Shown: positions 43,654 to 52,187 of the stretch, in pieces | Layout: every line of letters starts with the position of its first letter | Position numbering within the stretch: position 1 is the stretch's first letter | Source of the DNA: an uncultured Acidimicrobiaceae bacterium | GTDB taxonomy: Bacteria > Actinomycetota > Acidimicrobiia > Acidimicrobiales > RAAP-2 | NCBI GenBank assembly: GCA_963727955.1 | Contig: CAVSII010000006.1 | Location: forward strand, 5,183 to 69,182 | Reading direction: 5' to 3' | Length of the DNA stretch: 64,000 nucleotides | Translations under genes and position numbers: made by a program | Notes under the pieces: generated by a model | What the model was told of the DNA's origin: nothing | Databases searched by the model: none | What the model saw: only the letters and a program-made list of their open reading frames with translations

Positions 43654-44379
43654 ATGCGGCTGACGGCCGCTCCCTCCCCGCCGGGGGGAACCACCGGCAC
43701 CAAACCGTGGAGCGGAGGCGGACGGGAGGAGTTGGCCGACGCCGTACGGCGGTTGATGGCCGGCACCGTCACCTCGGTGGCGCCGGCCGAGGTGCTGGCC
43801 GACACCGCCCGGCAGGTGGGGTTGTTGGCCGACCGGCTCGACGGTTTCGTCCCCGAGGAACCGGTGGCGCCCTTCGCCCGGTTCGCCGACGACAGCGTGG
43901 GGACCAGTGACACGGCGTCGCTGGCCGCGGCCATGCCCTTCGACGTGATCATCGGATCGTGCAATCCGCTGGCCCCGCCGGTCACCCTCGAGTTCGAACC
44001 CCCCCGGGCCATCGGCCGGGTGGTGTTCACCGCTTCCTACGAGGGAGCCCCCGGCTGTGTGCACGGTGCCGCCCTGGCCGGGGTCTTCGACATCGTGCTG
44101 ACGGCGGCCAACGTGATGGCCGACGGGGCCGGGCCGACCGTCAACCTGTCCATCCGCTACCGGAAACCCACCCTCATCGGCGTTCCCGCCGTCTTCGAGG
44201 GCTGGGTCACCGAGCAGACCGAACGCCGGACCCACAGCCGCGGCCAGCTCACCCAGAACGGGATGGTCACCGTCGAGGCCACCGGTGAGTTCGTCAACAT
44301 GGGACGCGATCGGATCAACGCCATGCACACCGACCACGCCACCGACCGACCGGCTCCTCCGGAAGGCGGCCCCCAGTGA
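43654..44379 (+). CDS. PaaI/hotdog-fold thioesterase family protein
   Basis: ORF 43654..44379: GSCNPLAPPVTLEF...YEGAPGCVHGAALAGVFDIVLTAANV...VNLSIRYRKPT...GWVTEQTERRTHSRGQL. Confidence 0.7.
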   Translation: MRLTAAPSPPGGTTGTKPWSGGGREELADAVRRLMAGTVTSVAPAEVLADTARQVGLLADRLDGFVPEEPVAPFARFADDSVGTSDTASLAAAMPFDVIIGSCNPLAPPVTLEFEPPRAIGRVVFTASYEGAPGCVHGAALAGVFDIVLTAANVMADGAGPTVNLSIRYRKPTLIGVPAVFEGWVTEQTERRTHSRGQLTQNGMVTVEATGEFVNMGRDRINAMHTDHATDRPAPPEGGPQ

Positions 44380-44493
44380 ATCGGCCTGTGACCAGCACGG
44401 TCGTCGTGAACTCCGTAGAGTCTCTGCAGGTCGGGTCAAAGGTGCGGTAACCGATCGGTCGGACGGACAACGCAGATTGGGGGAGGACCACTC

Positions 44494-45909
44494 ATGCATT
44501 CCCGCCGTAGTCACCACGATGGTGCCCGAGGCCGCTACCGGCCGCCTCTGACGGTCGGCCGGCCGTCCCTGCGGTGGAAGGGCGCGGCCAGCCTGGCCCT
44601 GCTCACCATGGTGGTGGCGGCCACCACCCTGACCGCCTGCTCGTCGACCAACGACACCAGCCCCACCACCACTCCCCCGTCGTCCTCGTCTTCGTCGAAC
44701 TCATCATCTCCGTCGGATGCAACCGATCCCCCCCGGCCGCCCATTCCGTCCGCCGCCTACAGCGATCACACCGGCATCACCTCCACCTCGGTGTCGGTGG
44801 GCAACGTCTCCACCCTGTTCGACGGCATCTTCAAGGGAGCGGCAGTGGGCACCCAGGCCTACGCCGACTACGTCAATTCCATGGGGGGCATCAACGGCCG
44901 CAAGATGATCGTGGACAGCAGTGACGACCAGTACTCCGGAGCCCCCAACAAGCAGGAGACCCAGGCCGACGTGGGCCAGGACTTCGCCATGGTCGGCGGG
45001 TTCTCGCTGTTCGACAACTTCGGGGGCACCGTCCTGGCCGCCAACCCCCAGGTGCCCAACGTCACCGTTTCCCTCGACAGCGCCACGGCCAACCTGCCCA
45101 ACTCCTACAGCCCCGCTCCCACCACCAACGGATGGATACTCGGACCCCTGGAGTACTTCAAGAACAAGTTCCCCGACGACATCAAGCACACCGCCGCCCT
45201 CATCGCTGACGAGCCGTCAGCCGAGGTCAAGTGGGCGGCGGAGAAAGAGGCCATGGCCCACGTGGGCTACGACGTCGTCTACGACCCCACCTTCGACATC
45301 AGCACCACCGATTTCAACCAGTACGTGATCACCATGAGGAACGACGGGGTCAAGATCCTGTTCCTCGAGCAGATGCCGGCCAACTACGCGGCCGCCGTGG
45401 TCAAGGCCCTCAACCAACAGAACTTCCACCCGGTGCTGGTGCTGGGCGCCTCCACCTACAGCGAAGAGCTGGTCCCCGACTCGGGCGGGGCGGCGGCCAT
45501 CGATGGCGCCTACATGGAGCAGAACACCGCGCTGTTCCTGGGGGAGGACGAGGCCGGCCTTCCCGCCGTCAAGACCTTCCTCACCTGGGTGCAGAAGGCC
45601 TCACCGGGCTTCCACGCCGATCTGTACACCCTCTACGGCTGGACGTCGGCCGAGTTGTTCAGCCAGGCCCTCAAGGCGGCCGGTGCCGACCCTTCACGAG
45701 GCTCGGAGCTGGCCGCCCTCCGCAAGATCACATCGTTTTCGGCGGGGAACATGTTGGGCACGGCCAACCCCAGCGCCCGTCTGCCGACCAACTGTTACAT
45801 CATCGCCACCATCGCCGACGGGCAGTACAAGCGGCTGGACGACCCACCCCTCGACGGGCCGACCCACGGCTACCGCTGCGATCAGCCCTTCTACTACACC
45901 AACCCGTAG
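44494..45909 (+). CDS. ABC transporter substrate-binding lipoprotein (type I periplasmic-binding fold, Leu/Ile/Val-binding-like); no cognate permease or ATPase adjacent
   Basis: ORF 44494..45909. Lipobox TLTAC follows a hydrophobic segment, then a Ser/Pro-rich linker. The domain reads GAAVGTQAYADYVNSMGGINGRKMIV...FAMVGGFS... Confidence 0.7.
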   Translation: MHSRRSHHDGARGRYRPPLTVGRPSLRWKGAASLALLTMVVAATTLTACSSTNDTSPTTTPPSSSSSSNSSSPSDATDPPRPPIPSAAYSDHTGITSTSVSVGNVSTLFDGIFKGAAVGTQAYADYVNSMGGINGRKMIVDSSDDQYSGAPNKQETQADVGQDFAMVGGFSLFDNFGGTVLAANPQVPNVTVSLDSATANLPNSYSPAPTTNGWILGPLEYFKNKFPDDIKHTAALIADEPSAEVKWAAEKEAMAHVGYDVVYDPTFDISTTDFNQYVITMRNDGVKILFLEQMPANYAAAVVKALNQQNFHPVLVLGASTYSEELVPDSGGAAAIDGAYMEQNTALFLGEDEAGLPAVKTFLTWVQKASPGFHADLYTLYGWTSAELFSQALKAAGADPSRGSELAALRKITSFSAGNMLGTANPSARLPTNCYIIATIADGQYKRLDDPPLDGPTHGYRCDQPFYYTNP

Positions 45910-45936
45910 GGCCGGTCTCCAACCGGAAGGGCCGGG

Positions 45937-46197
45937 TTAGGAGACCCGGGCGGCGCGCCTCATGAGGCGGGCCTTGCGGTTGGCCGCCTGGTTCTTGTGG
46001 ATGACGCCCTTGGCCGCCGCCTTGTCGATCCGCTTGACGGCCAGGCGGAGGGCTTCCTCGCTGTCCTCGGCCCCGGTCTCCAGGGCGGTGATGGCCCGCT
46101 TGGTGCGGGTCCGCAGCTCGGAGCGGACCGCCTTGTTGCGGGCCTGACGCTTGATGGTCTGGCGGTTGCGCTTGATCTGGCTCTTGATGTTTGCCAC
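45937..46197 (-). CDS. rpsT: 30S ribosomal protein S20
   Basis: ORF 45937..46197: [35 protein letters not shown]...[22 protein letters not shown]. Confidence 0.95.
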   Translation of the reverse strand: MANIKSQIKRNRQTIKRQARNKAVRSELRTRTKRAITALETGAEDSEEALRLAVKRIDKAAAKGVIHKNQAANRKARLMRRAARVS

Positions 46198-46350
46198 TGA
46201 CGGTCCTTCCGATGAGGGCTGGAGGCGGTCGGCGGCCGTGCCGCAACCACCGGATGATGGAGATCTGGGCCCGGGGCGCCCCCCATGGGGGCACGTCTCC
46301 GGAGGTCACGAGGATAGCACCCCGATCCACTTGGATACGCTGGTCCCTCC

Positions 46351-48138
46351 GTGCCGCTCATCACCCGTCTACGCAATTTCTCCATCATCAGCCATGTCGA
46401 CCACGGCAAGTCGACCCTCTCGGACCGCATTCTGGAGCTGACCGGGGCGGTGGACCCCCGCCTCATGCGCGAGCAGTACCTCGACTCGATGGACATCGAG
46501 CGGGAGCGGGGCATCACCATCAAGGCCCAGAATGTGCGGGTGACCTGGGGGGAGCACATCCTCCACCTCATCGACACCCCCGGTCACGTCGACTTCGGCT
46601 ACGAGGTCAGCCGCTCGCTGGCCGCCTGCGAGGGGGCGGTTCTGCTGGTCGATGCCTCCCAGGGCATTCAGGCCCAGACACTGGCCAACTGCTACCAGGC
46701 TGTCGAGAACGACCTCGAGATCGTCGCCGTTCTCAACAAGATCGACCTGCCGGCGGCCGACCCCGAGCGGTCGGCCGCCGAAATCGAACAGGTCCTGGGC
46801 ATAGCGGCATCGTCCATCCTCCACATTTCGGCCAAGACGGGTGAAGGGGTGCCCGAGCTGTTGGACGCCATCGTGGCCCGCATCCCGGCGCCCACCGGCG
46901 ACCCGGACGCGCCGCTGCGGGCCCTCATCTTCGACTCGGCCTACGACCAGTACCGGGGCGTGGTCAGTTCCATCCGGGTGATGGACGGGACCCTGAACGC
47001 CGAGGACCGACTCCGGTTCATGCAGGCCGGTGCCAACCACGACATCGAGGAGATCGGCGTGCGCACGCCCATCCCGGTACCGGTGGATGCGCTGGGGCCC
47101 GGTGAGGTGGGTTATCTGATCGCCGGCATCAAGGACGTGGGCGGGGCCCGCTCGGGCGAGACGGTGACCACCGCCCGGCATCCGGCCACCACCGCCCTGG
47201 CCGGCTATCGCGATCCCAAGCCCATGGTGTTCTGCGGGCTGTTCCCCATCGACGGCGACGATCTGCCCGACCTGCGCGACGCCCTGGACAAGCTCCGGCT
47301 CAACGACGCCAGCTTCACCTTCGAGCCGGAGTCGTCCCGCGCTCTCGGGTTCGGTTTCCGCTGCGGCTTCCTCGGCCTCTTACACATGGAGATCGTGCGC
47401 GAGCGGCTCGAGCGGGAGTTCGACATCTCGCTGATCGCCACCGCGCCGTCGGTGGCCTACCGGGCCTATCTCACCGACGGCACCGCGGTGGACGTGGACA
47501 ACCCGAGCGAGCTGCCCGAGCCGGCCCGTCTCGACCACGTGGACGAGCCCATGCTGCGGGCCACCATCCTCACCCCGGCCGAGTACACCGGCACCATCAT
47601 GGACCTGTGCCAGAGCCATCGGGCCACCATGGTCAAGATGGACTATCTCTCGCCGGTCCGGGTCGAGTTCGTCTACACCATCCCCTTGGCCGAGGTGGTC
47701 ATCAACTTCTTCGACCAGCTGAAGAGCCGGACCAAGGGCTACGGCAGCCTCGACTACGAGCCCGACGGCTATGAAACGGCGGAGCTGGTCAAGGTCGACC
47801 TGCTCATCAACCACGTGCCGGTGGATGCCTTCTCCACCATCGTGCACCGATCGCAGGCCGACTTCTACGGCCGGCGGATGACTGAAAAGCTGCGCGAACT
47901 GATCCCCCGGCAGATGTTCGACGTGCCCATCCAGGCCGCGGTGGGTGGCCGGGTGCTGGCCCGCGAGACGGTGAAAGCCCGTCGCAAGGACGTGTTGGCC
48001 AAGTGCTACGGCGGGGACATCACCCGCAAACGCAAGCTCCTCGAGAAGCAGAAGGAGGGGAAGAAGAAGATGAAGAACATCGGCCGGGTCGAGGTCCCCC
48101 AGGAGGCATTCGTCTCCGCCCTCCGTCTCGACGACTGA
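46351..48138 (+). CDS. lepA: Translation elongation factor 4 (LepA)
   Basis: ORF 46351..48138: [25 protein letters not shown]...[16 protein letters not shown]...[37 protein letters not shown]...NKIDLP... C-terminus: [26 protein letters not shown]. Confidence 0.97.
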   Translation: MPLITRLRNFSIISHVDHGKSTLSDRILELTGAVDPRLMREQYLDSMDIERERGITIKAQNVRVTWGEHILHLIDTPGHVDFGYEVSRSLAACEGAVLLVDASQGIQAQTLANCYQAVENDLEIVAVLNKIDLPAADPERSAAEIEQVLGIAASSILHISAKTGEGVPELLDAIVARIPAPTGDPDAPLRALIFDSAYDQYRGVVSSIRVMDGTLNAEDRLRFMQAGANHDIEEIGVRTPIPVPVDALGPGEVGYLIAGIKDVGGARSGETVTTARHPATTALAGYRDPKPMVFCGLFPIDGDDLPDLRDALDKLRLNDASFTFEPESSRALGFGFRCGFLGLLHMEIVRERLEREFDISLIATAPSVAYRAYLTDGTAVDVDNPSELPEPARLDHVDEPMLRATILTPAEYTGTIMDLCQSHRATMVKMDYLSPVRVEFVYTIPLAEVVINFFDQLKSRTKGYGSLDYEPDGYETAELVKVDLLINHVPVDAFSTIVHRSQADFYGRRMTEKLRELIPRQMFDVPIQAAVGGRVLARETVKARRKDVLAKCYGGDITRKRKLLEKQKEGKKKMKNIGRVEVPQEAFVSALRLDD

Positions 48139-48198
48139 CCTCCGCCGACCGACCGGCAATCCAGGGCGTGCCACCGGCCGCCGTCTAACGTATCCACG

Positions 48199-49413
48199 AT
48201 GCCTGACGGTCCGTCCATCGCCGTCTCCAACCTGTCCAAGACCTATCGCATCTCGCGGCGGGAAGAGCATGTGGCCACCGCGGCCGAAGCGGTGGTCAAG
48301 CGGATCAAGCAGGGCGGCCGGGCCACCACGGTCGAGACCTTCGACGCCCTCCACGATGTGAGCTTCGCCGTCGAATGGGGCGAGGTGATGGGCATCATCG
48401 GCCGCAACGGCGCCGGTAAGAGCACCCTGCTCAAGATCATCAACCGGATCACCGCACCGACCAAGGGACGGGTCGAGCTGGGCGGCCGGGTGGGAAGCCT
48501 GCTCGAGGTGGGTACCGGATTCCACCCCGAGTTGACCGGGCGGGAGAACGTCTATCTGAACGGGACCCTGCTGGGCATGCGCCGGCGGCAGATCAAAGAG
48601 CGCTTCGACGCCATCGTCGATTTCGCCGGCACCGAGAAGTTCCTCGACACCCAGGTCAAGCGGTACTCGACCGGCATGTACATTCGCCTGGCGTTTGCCG
48701 TGGCCGCCCACCTGGACAGCGAGATCCTGGTGGTGGACGAGGTGCTGGCCGTGGGGGACTCCGACTTTCAGGCCAAGTGCCTGCGCAAGATGCGCGAGGT
48801 GGCCCGCGACGGTCGCACCGTGTTGCTGGTCAGCCATCAGCTGCAGACGGTGTCCGACCTGTGCAGCTCGGCCCTCTACCTCGACGCCGGCCACCTTATC
48901 GTCCACGGCACGGTGACCGAGGCCATGGAGCAGTACAAGCGCAGCTTCGCCCTGAGCGCCCAGGCGGCCAAGGAGCCCAATTACCGACCGGGGTCGGGCG
49001 AACTGCGGTTCGCCCATGCCCAGGTGACCGAGGACATCACCCGACCGGGCGAGGACCTGGTCATCCAGTTCGAAGTGGGCGCCAATCCCGACTTCGGCGC
49101 TCGTTACAACCTGCTCTGCTTCCTCAAGAACGAGGACGGGCTGCTCCTCATCCAGTGCGATTCGCGGGTGGTCGACTTCTGGCTCGATCCTGCCACCGAC
49201 GCCCAGGGAACGCTGCGGGTGAGGACGCCCTGGCTCAAGCCCGGGGCCTACACCGTCGATCTGTTCATCATGACCAGTGGACATCTGGCCGACGTCTGGG
49301 AGCAGGCCTGCCGCTTCCAGGTGTTGCCTGTCAACCCGTACCCCCATCCGACCACGCCCGACGGTACCGCCCGCGGGGTGGTCTATCCCGACTTCGACTT
49401 CTCGCAGAACTGA
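48199..49413 (+). CDS. Polysaccharide/O-antigen/teichoic-acid export ABC transporter ATP-binding protein (Wzt/TagH-like) with C-terminal extension domain
   Basis: ORF 48199..49413: GIIGRNGAGKSTLLKII (Walker A), YSTGMYIRLAFAVA (signature-like), ILVVDEVLAVGD (Walker B). About 150 extra C-terminal residues follow. Confidence 0.85.
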   Translation: MPDGPSIAVSNLSKTYRISRREEHVATAAEAVVKRIKQGGRATTVETFDALHDVSFAVEWGEVMGIIGRNGAGKSTLLKIINRITAPTKGRVELGGRVGSLLEVGTGFHPELTGRENVYLNGTLLGMRRRQIKERFDAIVDFAGTEKFLDTQVKRYSTGMYIRLAFAVAAHLDSEILVVDEVLAVGDSDFQAKCLRKMREVARDGRTVLLVSHQLQTVSDLCSSALYLDAGHLIVHGTVTEAMEQYKRSFALSAQAAKEPNYRPGSGELRFAHAQVTEDITRPGEDLVIQFEVGANPDFGARYNLLCFLKNEDGLLLIQCDSRVVDFWLDPATDAQGTLRVRTPWLKPGAYTVDLFIMTSGHLADVWEQACRFQVLPVNPYPHPTTPDGTARGVVYPDFDFSQN

Positions 49414-49414
49414 G

Positions 49415-50236
49415 ATGGCGGTTCGTATCGTCATCACCCCGCCGGGTCGGTTCTCGCTCCCCAAGATCAGCCAGTTGTGGGAGGCGCGGGAGGTGCTGTA
49501 CCGCTTCGGTGCCCGGGATGTGACCCTCCGTTACCGTCAGACCCTGCTGGGCGTGATCTGGGTCATCCTCCAGCCGCTGCTCACCTCCTTGGTGCTGGCC
49601 CTGGTCCTCTACAAGGTGGCCCATCTCCCCACGGTGGGCATCCCCCCGTTGGTCTTCGTCTTCAGCGGCTTACTGGCCTGGAACCTGTTCAACGACATCA
49701 TCAGCCGGGCCTCCAGCTCGCTGGTGGCCAACCGCGACCTGGTGTCCAAGGTCTTCTTTCCCCGGATGTTGGTGCCGCTGGCCACCGCCTACTCGTCCAT
49801 CGTCAACTTCTTCGTGTCCGTCGCCTTTTTGATCGTGCTCCTGATCATCTACGGGATCACTCCCGGTCTGGCCCTGGTGCTGGCCCCGGTATGGACGGTG
49901 ATGATCATCGTGATGGCCAGTGGACTGGGGTTGGTGGCCGGGGCCCTCCAAGTCCGCTACCGGGATGTGGCTTATGTGGTTCCCTTCCTCCTCCAGTTCC
50001 TGTTCTACGCCAGCCCGGTGGCCTACTCGGTGGCGGTGGTGCCGGCCAAGTACCGCTTCATCTACGACATCAATCCGTTGACCTGGCTGCTCTCCGAGTT
50101 CCGCTGGTCCTTCCTCGACCAGCCGGCCCCGCCGACCTGGCAGATCGTTCTCTCGATAGTGGTACCGGTAGCCGTGTTCGCCGGGGGTGCCATCATCTTC
50201 GAACAGATGGAGCGCGGCTTCGCCGACGTGATCTGA
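49415..50236 (+). CDS. ABC-2 type polysaccharide export permease (Wzm/TagG-like)
   Basis: ATG 49415 lies 2 nt after the upstream stop, in frame with ORF 49277..50236: LWEAREVLYRFGARDVTLRYRQTLLGVIWVILQPLL...SKVFFPRMLVPLA...INPLTWLLSEFRW. Confidence 0.85.
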   Translation: MAVRIVITPPGRFSLPKISQLWEAREVLYRFGARDVTLRYRQTLLGVIWVILQPLLTSLVLALVLYKVAHLPTVGIPPLVFVFSGLLAWNLFNDIISRASSSLVANRDLVSKVFFPRMLVPLATAYSSIVNFFVSVAFLIVLLIIYGITPGLALVLAPVWTVMIIVMASGLGLVAGALQVRYRDVAYVVPFLLQFLFYASPVAYSVAVVPAKYRFIYDINPLTWLLSEFRWSFLDQPAPPTWQIVLSIVVPVAVFAGGAIIFEQMERGFADVI

Positions 50237-50279
50237 CGGTGCCTCGATCACAGCTGGCGACGAAAGGGACGGGGTAGGA

Positions 50280-51869
50280 TTGCCTGTGGACGGCGAAGGC
50301 ACACCGGAGGCCCCTCCGGGTCCGGACCGCCCGCCGGCGGCCAACGCCAGTGCCCGCCAGCTGGTCCGCAACATGGCCTCCAGCTACGGCAACTTCTTCC
50401 TGGTCATGGTGATGAGCCTGTTCCTCACCCGGGTCCTGCTGCGTCACCTCGGCGCCAGCACCTACGGGTTGTGGATCGTCCTTCTGGCCATTGTCGGCTA
50501 CATCGGCTTGCTCGATGTGGGGGTTTCCACGGCGGCCGTGCAGCGGGTGGCTCGGTTGACCGCGGCCCACGACAGCGACGGGGTGGCCGATCTCATCCGC
50601 ACGGCGTGGACGTTCTTTGCGGCCTCGGGCGTCCTGGCCGTGGTGGTGACGGTCATCCTGGCTCCCCATCTGGCCTCGTTCCTCCACCTCGGCACCATCG
50701 ACCCGGCCCAGGCCGAAACCACTCTGATCATCCTGGGGTTCTGGATGGCGGTGCTGTTCCTGGGCTCGGTGCCCAACGCTGTTCTCTTCGGGTCGGGCCG
50801 GGGCGACCGACTGGCCCAGTTGGGCGGTCTCACCCTCGTCCTCACCCAACTGGTCCAGATCGTGGTGGTGGTCTCGGGTGGGGGTCTGGTCGCCCTGGCC
50901 ATCGTGGCCCTGGGGGGCGTGCTGGTGGCCTTGGTGATGACGGCCTTCATGGTCGGCCGGGTCACCGGTTCGTCGGTGCGCCACGGGCACTTCCGCCGCA
51001 GTGTGCTGGTCGACCTGCTCCGCTTCGGCGGGCGTCAATCGGTGATCTCGCTGGGCGGGATCGTGGCCTACCAGCTCGATGCCGTCATCATCGGGCTGAT
51101 CCTGCCGGTGGCCCAGGTGGCTCCCTACGACATCGCCCTCAGCACGTCCAACCTGACCCGCAACCTCAGCACCCAGGGCACCAACCTGCTCCTGCCCACC
51201 TACGCCCACTTCGACGCGGTGGGCGACCACAAGCGCCAGGCTTCGTACTTCTTCCGTTCAGTTCTGCTCGGCATGGCCATCTCCATCCCCGTGGTCATCG
51301 CCCTGGCCGCCTTCGGCGAGCCCATGCTCAAGCTGTGGCTCGGCACCGTGCCCCCCAAGACCTACGAGATCGTCATCGCCCTCGGGGTGATGATCACCGT
51401 ACAGCTGCCCGGCAACCAGTGCTTCAATTTCCTGACCGGCATCGGCCGCATCCAATTACTGATCCGGCTGTCGGTGATCGGTGCCCTGGTCAACCTGGCC
51501 GGCAGCGTGGTCGCCACCTTCTGGCTGGGCCCGGTGGGCCCGGCCATCGGCTCACTGCCGGTGGTGATCGTTCTCGACTTCTTCATACTCCCCATGATCG
51601 TCTGCCGGCACCTGGCGGTGTCGTTTGCCGACTACGCCCGGGCCTCGTTGGCCCCCCTCATCCCAGGGGCGGCGGCGGCCGGCATCGTGGCCGTTGTGCT
51701 GGTGGTCGCCTTCCCCAACGCCCGGGGTGTCACCGCCGTGGTCGAAGCGGCAGTGGTGGTGGCGGTGTCGTGGATCACCATGGGCGTGCTCCTCTACCGC
51801 ATCGAACCGGAGCTGCGCGACGGGATCGGCAGGTTGCTGGCCCGCCGGCGCGCCCGGCGCCTGAGCTGA
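50280..51869 (+). CDS. MOP-superfamily oligosaccharide flippase (Wzx-like polysaccharide biosynthesis protein)
   Basis: ORF 50280..51869: ~12-14 TM segments. SSYGNFFLVMVMSLFLTRVLLRHLGASTYGLWIVLLAIVGYIGLLDVG... Confidence 0.7.
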   Translation: MPVDGEGTPEAPPGPDRPPAANASARQLVRNMASSYGNFFLVMVMSLFLTRVLLRHLGASTYGLWIVLLAIVGYIGLLDVGVSTAAVQRVARLTAAHDSDGVADLIRTAWTFFAASGVLAVVVTVILAPHLASFLHLGTIDPAQAETTLIILGFWMAVLFLGSVPNAVLFGSGRGDRLAQLGGLTLVLTQLVQIVVVVSGGGLVALAIVALGGVLVALVMTAFMVGRVTGSSVRHGHFRRSVLVDLLRFGGRQSVISLGGIVAYQLDAVIIGLILPVAQVAPYDIALSTSNLTRNLSTQGTNLLLPTYAHFDAVGDHKRQASYFFRSVLLGMAISIPVVIALAAFGEPMLKLWLGTVPPKTYEIVIALGVMITVQLPGNQCFNFLTGIGRIQLLIRLSVIGALVNLAGSVVATFWLGPVGPAIGSLPVVIVLDFFILPMIVCRHLAVSFADYARASLAPLIPGAAAAGIVAVVLVVAFPNARGVTAVVEAAVVVAVSWITMGVLLYRIEPELRDGIGRLLARRRARRLS

Positions 51870-51872
51870 CGG

Positions 51873-52187
51873 ATGTCGGCACCACCCATGGCGAGACGGC
51901 GTGGACACTTCGCTGGTGGACACTTCAGACGTGGACACCTCGTTAAGGTGGGGACCATCGCCCCGGAGATCGCCATGGTCGACAGGAACATGGTGGATAA
52001 GGGCATGGTCGGTAAGAACCTGGTCGACAAGGCACTGGTCGACCAGGCACTGGTCGACAACGAATCGTCACTGTCCCCTTCAGACCTCCACCGACCAGAT
52101 GACCGCTCCTCTGGTCATCTCCGCCTGCTTTCCTCGCCCCCCTGTACGGTCGACCGGGCCTGCGCCCACAGCCGGCGGTCGCTCTGA
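51873..52187 (+). CDS. Small repeat-encoded ORF wedged between the flippase and glycosyltransferase genes (possible translational-coupling ORF)
   Basis: ATG 51873 lies 3 nt after the flippase stop. The stop TGA 52185-52187 overlaps the GT ATG (TGATG). The repeat block reads MVDRN MVDKG MVGKN LVDKA LVDQA LVDNE with mostly G/C third positions. There is no recognisable family and no clear SD. Confidence 0.35.
   Translation: MSAPPMARRRGHFAGGHFRRGHLVKVGTIAPEIAMVDRNMVDKGMVGKNLVDKALVDQALVDNESSLSPSDLHRPDDRSSGHLRLLSSPPCTVDRACAHSRRSL
51901..52064. repeat. 15-bp tandem minisatellite, two blocks (3 + 6 units) with GTGGAC/GTCGAC core
   Basis: Block 1 (51901-51945): gtggacacttcgctg gtggacacttcagac gtggacacctcgtta. 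Block 2 (51975-52064): atggtcgacaggaac atggtggataagggc atggtcggtaagaac ctggtcgacaaggca ctggtcgaccaggca ctggtcgacaacgaa. Confidence 0.9.

Noticed and set aside
45911-45950. An imperfect hairpin (GCCGGTCTCC...GGAGACCCGGGC) between the substrate-binding-protein gene and rpsT, considered as a bidirectional terminator
   Set aside because: The stem contains a bulge, it overlaps the 3' end of the rpsT coding sequence, and it lacks a U-tract on either strand. It is too weak to annotate.
47380-49464. A 694-aa minus-strand ORF spanning lepA and the ABC ATPase gene
   Set aside because: It is antisense to two genes with unmistakable conserved motifs (the GTPase G-domain and Walker A/B), has no recognisable domains and crosses an intergenic region.
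51901-52064. The tandem repeat array considered as a possible CRISPR
   Set aside because: The units are 15 bp and directly abutting, with no unique spacers. There are no cas genes in the window. It is a minisatellite.
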